A model generated the notes under the pieces. It worked only from the letters and a program-made list of their open reading frames with translations, did no database searches and was not told where the DNA came from. DNA of 63,181 nt, counting the filler. It is 5 parts of 5 records of this genome, joined end to end, with 100 filler letters (N's around TTAATTAATTAA, not from the genome) between each part and the next. Parts side by side here need not be neighbours in the genome. Positions count along the whole stretch, not along the records: positions 55,809 to 63,181 come from SRR20825019_3135; 4 more parts are not named here. The stretch is one strand, 5' to 3'. A program made the translations under genes and the position numbers. Below, in pieces: positions 57,810 through 63,181 of the stretch; the stretch's first letter is position 1, and each line of letters starts with the position of its first letter.

Positions 57810-59675
57810 ATGACGGACATGGGGAAGATACGTCCGGTGCGGGTATGGGAGCCGCGCATCCGGACCGAGGCACGCGCCGACGGCAGCCGGCTGATATGGC
57901 AGGAGGAGGAGTTGGGGCCTTATCCCGGGCGGCTCGCCGACCGCATACTGCACTGGGCCGAAGCCGCGCCGGAGCGGGTGTGGATGGCCGAGCGCGGCGC
58001 GGATGGCGCGTGGCGCGAAATAACCTTCGGGCAGTTGCGGGACCTGATGCGCCGCGTCGGCACATTTCTCCTCGACCATGCGCTTTCGGCCGAACGACCG
58101 CTGATGATCCTTTCGGAAAACTCGCTCGAACACGCGGTGATCGCGCTTTCGGCGCAATATATCGGCGTGCCCTCGGCCGCCGTGGCGCCGGCCTATTCGC
58201 TGATTGCCGAGGGCCGCGGCAAGCTTCGCGATATCGTGGGCGAGGTGACTCCCGGCGCGGTGTTCGCGAAGGATGCGGCGCGCTTTGCCCCGGCGATTGC
58301 CGACGTCATAGATGCCGGCGTGCCGCTCATTCTTGCGGGCGGGGCCGTGCCGGGACGCGTGCATCATGACTGGGAGAGCGTGATTGAGACCGAGCCGTCG
58401 GAAGCCGCCGACGCGGCCTTTCGCGCCACGGGGCCGGACACGATCGCGAAATTCCTGTTCACCTCCGGCACCACCGGCAAGCCCAAGGCCGTGATCCAGA
58501 CGCAACGGATGATGTGCGCCAACATGGCTCAGGTGCTCGACTGCTACCGCTTTCTCGGCGACGAGCCGCCGGTTCTGGTGGACTGGGCGCCATGGAACCA
58601 TGTGGCGAGCGGCAACAAGGTGTTCAATATCGCGCTTTACAACGGCGGTACCTATTATATCGACGCCGGCAAGCCGACGCCGAAGGGCATGGCCGAGACC
58701 ATCCGCAATCTGCGCGAGATTTCCCCGAGCTGGTATTTCAATGTGCCGGCGGGCTACGAGGTGCTGTGCGAGGCGATGGAGCTGGATGCCGTCCTGCGCG
58801 ACAATTTCTTTCGCAATCTCAAGATGATCATGTATGCGGGCGCGGGCATGGCCAGCCACACATGGCATCATCTCAACGTGCTTTCCGAACGGTCCACCGG
58901 CGCCTTTACGCTGATGGGCTCGGGGCTTGGCTCCACCGAAACCGGTCCGTTCGCGATGTTCTGCACCGAGCCGCAGGACGAGCCTGGCAATTGCGGCGTT
59001 CCGGCGCGCGGCGTCACCATGAAACTGGTGCCGGTGGGCGGCAAGATGGAGGTCCGTTTCAAGGGGCCGAACGTCACGCCCGGCTACTGGCGCCGGCCCG
59101 ATCTTACGGCAACGGCGTTCGATGACGAGGGGTTCTACAATATGGGCGATGCCCTGCGCCCGGCGGTGCCGGGGGACCCGGCCCGCGGCTTCCTTTTCGA
59201 TGGCAGGACGGCGGAGAATTTCAAGCTTCAGACCGGCACCTGGGTTGCCGTCGGCGCGATGCGGACGCGGCTGGTCGATGCCATGGATGGGCTGGTCCGC
59301 GATGCGGTGATCGCCGGAGAGGGAGAGTTCGAGCTCGGCGCGCTGCTGCTGCCCTTTCGTCCGGCGATCGAGCGGCTGGTGGAGGGCGGAGCCGGAATGA
59401 GCGACGAGGCGCTTTATGCGCATCCCGCGGTTCTCGAACGCCTTGGCGATCTGCTGACGGATTTCGCGGCGCACGCAACCGGTTCGTCAAACCGGATCGC
59501 GCGCGCCATGCTGATGACCGACCCGCTTCGGATGAGCAGGGGCGAGGTGACCGACAAGGGGTCCGTCAACCAGAGGGCCGTTCTTGCGAACCGGGCCGAT
59601 CTCGTCGCCGCGCTCTATGCGGGCGGTCCGCAGGTGATCGTCGCGGGCAAGCCGTCTGGCAGAAAGGCCGGTTGA
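57810..59675 (+). CDS. fcs: Feruloyl/hydroxycinnamoyl-CoA synthetase
   Basis: 621 aa ANL enzyme: FTSGTTGKPKAV, DWAPWNH, GLGSTET, FDGRTAENFKL, GEVTDKGSVNQRAVL (Fcs-type C-terminus). Confidence 0.88.
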   Translation: MTDMGKIRPVRVWEPRIRTEARADGSRLIWQEEELGPYPGRLADRILHWAEAAPERVWMAERGADGAWREITFGQLRDLMRRVGTFLLDHALSAERPLMILSENSLEHAVIALSAQYIGVPSAAVAPAYSLIAEGRGKLRDIVGEVTPGAVFAKDAARFAPAIADVIDAGVPLILAGGAVPGRVHHDWESVIETEPSEAADAAFRATGPDTIAKFLFTSGTTGKPKAVIQTQRMMCANMAQVLDCYRFLGDEPPVLVDWAPWNHVASGNKVFNIALYNGGTYYIDAGKPTPKGMAETIRNLREISPSWYFNVPAGYEVLCEAMELDAVLRDNFFRNLKMIMYAGAGMASHTWHHLNVLSERSTGAFTLMGSGLGSTETGPFAMFCTEPQDEPGNCGVPARGVTMKLVPVGGKMEVRFKGPNVTPGYWRRPDLTATAFDDEGFYNMGDALRPAVPGDPARGFLFDGRTAENFKLQTGTWVAVGAMRTRLVDAMDGLVRDAVIAGEGEFELGALLLPFRPAIERLVEGGAGMSDEALYAHPAVLERLGDLLTDFAAHATGSSNRIARAMLMTDPLRMSRGEVTDKGSVNQRAVLANRADLVAALYAGGPQVIVAGKPSGRKAG

Positions 59676-60436
59676 CGATGCAAATCAACGGTATGGCCGC
59701 ACTGGTGACCGGGGCGGGCTCGGGGCTCGGCGCGGCGACGGCGCGCGCGCTTGCCGCAAAGGGCGCGAAGGTCACCGTGCTGGACAGGAATGGCGAGGCC
59801 GCGGAAGCGATGGCCGCAGACATTGGCGGGCTGGCCGCCGTCGGCGATGTTGCCGAGGAGGCCGATGTCACGGCCGCACTCGATGCCGCCGAGGCCGCGT
59901 ACGGCACGGTACGCATTCTGGTCAACTGCGCCGGGATCGGCACGGCGGGCCGCACGGTCGGCCGGGAAGGGCCGATGCCGATGGCCGATTTCGAGCGGAC
60001 GCTGAGGGTCAACCTGTTCGGAACCTTCAATGTCGTGCGGCTTTGCGCCCATCGGATGTCGCTTGGCGAACCGATCGGTGAAAGTCGCGGGGTAATCGTC
60101 AATACCGCTTCGGTTGCGGCCTTCGAGGGCCAGATCGGGCAGGCGGCCTATGCCGCGTCAAAGGGCGGCATCGTCTCCATGACCTTGCCGCTGGCGCGCG
60201 AGTTCGCGCGGTTCGGCATCCGGGTCAACACGCTGGCGCCGGGCGTGTTCGTGACGCCACTGCTGCACAACCTGCCGGAGGAGGCGCGCCAGTCGATCGC
60301 CGCCGGCATTCCGTTTCCCGCCCGTCTCGGCGATCCGGCCGAGTTTGCCCATGCGGCGGTCTTCTGCGTCGAAAACGACTATCTTAACGCAGAGGTGATC
60401 CGTCTCGACGGCGCCAGCCGGTTGGCGTCGAAATGA
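59672..60436 (+). CDS. SDR 3-hydroxyacyl-CoA dehydrogenase (HSD17B10 type)
   Basis: TGAGSGLG, NTASVAAFEGQIGQAAYAASKGG, EVIRLDGA; overlaps the fcs stop. Confidence 0.9.
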   Translation: MTMQINGMAALVTGAGSGLGAATARALAAKGAKVTVLDRNGEAAEAMAADIGGLAAVGDVAEEADVTAALDAAEAAYGTVRILVNCAGIGTAGRTVGREGPMPMADFERTLRVNLFGTFNVVRLCAHRMSLGEPIGESRGVIVNTASVAAFEGQIGQAAYAASKGGIVSMTLPLAREFARFGIRVNTLAPGVFVTPLLHNLPEEARQSIAAGIPFPARLGDPAEFAHAAVFCVENDYLNAEVIRLDGASRLASK

Positions 60437-60527
60437 AATGGCCCGGAGCAAAGTCCGGGTCGCGGCCAGCCCGACAGTCTGCCTGTGCTTGGTGCGCACA
60501 TGGATCGCCCATATGGATGATGCTCCA

Positions 60528-60866
60528 TCATCGTCGGCCGGATGCGAGGCGCGGGCTCATCGGCGCGCCGATCCGGTCCGCCTGAAAGGTTGCGGGCAGC
60601 GGGATTACCTCGACCGTTGCGACAATGCCCGCCACGCTGAACGGGTCGCTGCGGGCAAAAGCCTCGGCATCGGCGCGGGTTTCCGCCTCCAATATGCCGA
60701 AGTTTCCGGAGGAACGCCCCGCCTCGTCGATCAGCGCCGATCCGATCAGCACGGATACGAGGCCCCGGCCGCCGCTGCCGACCCATTCCCTGTGCTGCGG
60801 GCGCACTTCATCCCTCAACCCGTCCATATCGGGGTGGTGCAGGCAGCGCATCAGGAAAAACGGCAT
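60528..60866 (-). CDS. YciI-family protein
   Basis: R...RPQH.EW, G+GS, AEAFARSDPF..AG pattern; TGATG-coupled to ligB. Confidence 0.8.
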   Translation of the reverse strand: MPFFLMRCLHHPDMDGLRDEVRPQHREWVGSGGRGLVSVLIGSALIDEAGRSSGNFGILEAETRADAEAFARSDPFSVAGIVATVEVIPLPATFQADRIGAPMSPRLASGRR

Positions 60867-61705
60867 CACGCATTCTCCAGCACGACCATGCCGGCGCCGG
60901 TGAGCGAGGCGGGGGCGTAATAATGCCTGTGCTTGATCTCGACATGCGGGTTCATGGCCGCGCGCATCACCAGCCACATGATCAGTTCCGCTCCCTCCGA
61001 TCCGAACTGGTCGACATAGTCATTGCGGCTCATGGCGCGGTATTTTTCGTAGTCATTGGCGATGCCGTCGAGCCAGGCTTCGTCGGCTTCGCGGTTGATG
61101 AACCCGGCGCGGCTGCCCTGAAGCTGGTGCGACAGGCCGCCGGTGCCCATGATCACGACCCGGTCGTTACCGGGAAAGCTCTCGATCGCCTTGCGCAGCA
61201 CCACGCCCATTTCCCAGCATCGCTGCGGGGTCGGGATCGGATACTGGATGGTGTTGACCCAGATCGGCACCACCTTGACCGGCCATGCCTCCGGCCGGCC
61301 GAAGAACAGTTCGAGCGGGACCTGAAGCCCGTGGTCGACCTCGATTTCGCGGCACACCATAGGGTCGAAATGGCTTTCCACCAGGGTGTCGACAATGTGC
61401 CAGGACAGATCGGCGGCGCCTTCGAAATCGGGCATGGCGCGCGGGCCCCAGCCTTCGTCCACCGGCTTGTAGCTGTCGGCGACGCCGACGGCGAAGGTCG
61501 GCACGCGGTCGAGGAAGAAGGTGTTGCCGTGATCGTTGAAGATCACCACCGCGACATCCGGCTTCTTGTCCGCCATCCACGACTTGCCCGGAATGTAGCC
61601 GTCGAAGAACGGTTTCCAGTCCGGCGTGCCGTCAAGGCCCTTGTCGAGCGCCACGCCGATGGATGGCACATGGCTGGTGCCCACGCCGCCAATGATTTCG
61701 GCCAT
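60866..61705 (-). CDS. ligB: Class III extradiol dioxygenase beta subunit (protocatechuate 4,5-/gallate-type)
   Basis: TSHVP, NDH, DHG..VPL, GTGGLSHQLQG.RAGFIN, EGAELIMWL. Confidence 0.88.
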   Translation of the reverse strand: MAEIIGGVGTSHVPSIGVALDKGLDGTPDWKPFFDGYIPGKSWMADKKPDVAVVIFNDHGNTFFLDRVPTFAVGVADSYKPVDEGWGPRAMPDFEGAADLSWHIVDTLVESHFDPMVCREIEVDHGLQVPLELFFGRPEAWPVKVVPIWVNTIQYPIPTPQRCWEMGVVLRKAIESFPGNDRVVIMGTGGLSHQLQGSRAGFINREADEAWLDGIANDYEKYRAMSRNDYVDQFGSEGAELIMWLVMRAAMNPHVEIKHRHYYAPASLTGAGMVVLENA

Positions 61706-62046
61706 CACATTTTCCCCAGTCTTGTCTTCAGAAAATCTTCCCGGCTCATCTGCGCCTGTGCCGCGCCGATTTCAGCCATGCTTGCCGGATCGATCGCCGT
61801 GATCTTCAGGATGAAGAACAGATTGCCGCCAAGCGCCACCATCCTGTGCCAGTCGCGCGACATCACCGCCTGCTTCTCGGCGTCTGCCAATCCAAAGCTG
61901 TCGAGGAAGGCTTCCTCGTCGGCCCTGAAGGCCGCGCGGTTTTCCGGCTTGCCCAGCGACATCGCCATCTTGTTCATCAGGTAGCCGTTTTTGGCGCGGT
62001 CCCGCTCGAAAAGCGGCGTTTCGGGGATTTCAGGCGCATCGGACAT
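61705..62046 (-). CDS. ligA: Class III extradiol dioxygenase alpha subunit
   Basis: GY.MNKMAMSL..PENRAAF.ADEEAFLD...GGNLFFILK; TGATG-coupled to ligB. Confidence 0.85.
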   Translation of the reverse strand: MSDAPEIPETPLFERDRAKNGYLMNKMAMSLGKPENRAAFRADEEAFLDSFGLADAEKQAVMSRDWHRMVALGGNLFFILKITAIDPASMAEIGAAQAQMSREDFLKTRLGKM

Positions 62047-62749
62047 CCAGTTCCTCTCTGTGTGCATCGAGCCAGCCGGTTATCGCGGCGACGGTTTCCT
62101 GCGGGCGTTCCACCGGCAGGAAATGCCCCGCCCGGTCGATCACCAAAACTTCGGCCCCTGGCACCTCGGCGGCGATTTCGCGATGCTGTTTTTCAGGCGA
62201 CCAGCCATCCTCGGCGCCGGTGATCAGCAGGACCGGGCAGGCGATCGCGGAAAGGTATTCCCTGGCGTCGGGCCGCGCCATCAGCGCGCGGACCTGCCGT
62301 TCGTGGACGACCGGCCCGGCCGCGATCACCATTTCGGTGAGGTCCTCAACGAGCGCGGGATCGGGATCTCGCCCCTCGGCCAGCATCGGCGGCAGCCATT
62401 CGGCGGCAAGGCCGGCCATGTCCTCGTGAGCGCGCGCGATCTTCGCAAGCCGTTTGGGCGCCTCGTCCGGTCGCCGTCCGTCGTGCCCCGTATTGGCAAG
62501 CACAAGGCCGCGTATCCGCGCTGGCGCCTGCCGGGCCATTTCCAGCGCAACCCGTCCGCCCAAGGAATGACCGACCGGGATCAGCGGCCCCGCGGTTTCA
62601 CCGAGCAGCCGGGCGGCCATTGCCGGGATCGTCGAATCGCGGGTGACGTCGGCATCTGCGAAATCGAGCCAGTCCGGTGCGGCGGAGGCCAGCGCGTTCC
62701 AGATGCGGGGGTCGGAAACCAGACCGGGAATGAGAAGTAACGTCGTCAT
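62030..62749 (-). CDS. Alpha/beta-fold hydrolase
   Basis: GHSLGG nucleophile elbow, ED acid, AGHF catalytic His; overlaps ligA. Confidence 0.88.
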   Translation of the reverse strand: MTTLLLIPGLVSDPRIWNALASAAPDWLDFADADVTRDSTIPAMAARLLGETAGPLIPVGHSLGGRVALEMARQAPARIRGLVLANTGHDGRRPDEAPKRLAKIARAHEDMAGLAAEWLPPMLAEGRDPDPALVEDLTEMVIAAGPVVHERQVRALMARPDAREYLSAIACPVLLITGAEDGWSPEKQHREIAAEVPGAEVLVIDRAGHFLPVERPQETVAAITGWLDAHREELDVRCA

Positions 62750-62829
62750 CAGCGGCCCTCCCGATGCCGTCGTGAATACATTGACAAATAAATAGCGAAG
62801 AAAATTGCGATTATCAACAAAAAATGCTC

Positions 62830-62938
62830 TATAATGTATACATATTAATTCGACCGATGACTGACTCTCTGGCGCGAGGCGGATCAGCTTACGCCTCGTA
62901 CAACGCCCGGGCTTGTCCGGAACGGTTCGCTGTATACA
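62830..62938. promoter_or_regulatory. Two TGTATACA boxes, probable GntR/FadR-family operators
   Basis: ATGTATACAT at 62834-62843 (overlapping TATAAT 62830-62835) and TGTATACA at 62931-62938, between the divergent hydrolase and gntR genes. Confidence 0.6.
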
Positions 62939-62986
62939 TTTGGTGTGTTTGAAGCCGGCGATGCCGGAGCGAGGTCAGGCGAGGAG

Positions 62987-63181
62987 ATGATGATGGACGG
63001 GCAGGCAACAGCGAAAACCCACACCATGCGGGCGCTGGTGGAGTTGCGCAAGCGGATCCTCGACGGGGCCATTCCGGGTGGAACGCGGTTGTTCGAGGTG
63101 GCGCTGGCCGAGGATCTGCAGATTTCGCGCACGCCCGTGCGTGAGGCGATGTCGCGGCTGGCCGAGGAGGGGCTGCTGGAA
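62987..63181 (+). CDS. GntR/FadR-family regulator (VanR-like), 3'-truncated; absent from the ORF track
   Basis: MMMDGQATAKTHTMRALVELRKRILDG...LAEDLQISRTPVREAMSRLAEEGLL wHTH; GAGGAG RBS. Confidence 0.88.
   Translation, partial: MMMDGQATAKTHTMRALVELRKRILDGAIPGGTRLFEVALAEDLQISRTPVREAMSRLAEEGLLE

Noticed and set aside
57771..59474. Long antisense ORFs opposite fcs (567 aa), the TBDR (53603-55078) and ligB (60923-61984)
   Set aside because: Shadow ORFs caused by codon bias in the real genes; no recognisable motifs.

Overview
This window is not one continuous locus. It is five unrelated assembly fragments joined by four identical 100-nt artificial linkers (44 N + TTAATTAATTAA + 44 N), so no gene neighbourhood should be inferred across a linker. 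Fragments 1 and 2 (1-15759, 15860-29869) come from a compact-genome, probably flagellated microbial eukaryote. Its introns are very uniform (about 46-61 nt, one GC-AG), and its divergent promoters have an unusual GC-rich/AT-core/GC-rich design. Genes: a Cys-rich surface protein, a giant TPR protein, Snapin, an Mpo1-like protein, an HMA/Cu-ATPase start, WDR44-like, GCP6-like, an LRR-IQ protein and a mitochondrial carrier. Fragment 3 (29970-42105) is the conserved rhizobial ntrBC-ntrYX-trkA-hfq-hflX/mazG/cysG region, where hflX appears to need an AUU start codon. Fragment 4 (42206-55708) looks Verrucomicrobial (Opitutales-like): WD40 protein, sugar ABC genes, CHASE hybrid kinase, LacI regulator and TonB-dependent receptor, plus an unexplained highly structured ~145-230 nt intergenic RNA candidate. 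Fragment 5 (55809-63181) is a GC-rich alphaproteobacterial hydroxycinnamate CoA-dependent catabolic cluster next to a hydrolase-ligA-ligB-yciI meta-cleavage operon. Best leads: the candidate ncRNA/riboswitch at 43818-43961, the AUU-initiated hflX, the eukaryote promoter architecture with a shared motif, and the lignin-monomer module. No CRISPR array, rRNA, tRNA or transposase was seen. All calls are by eye; no searches were run.
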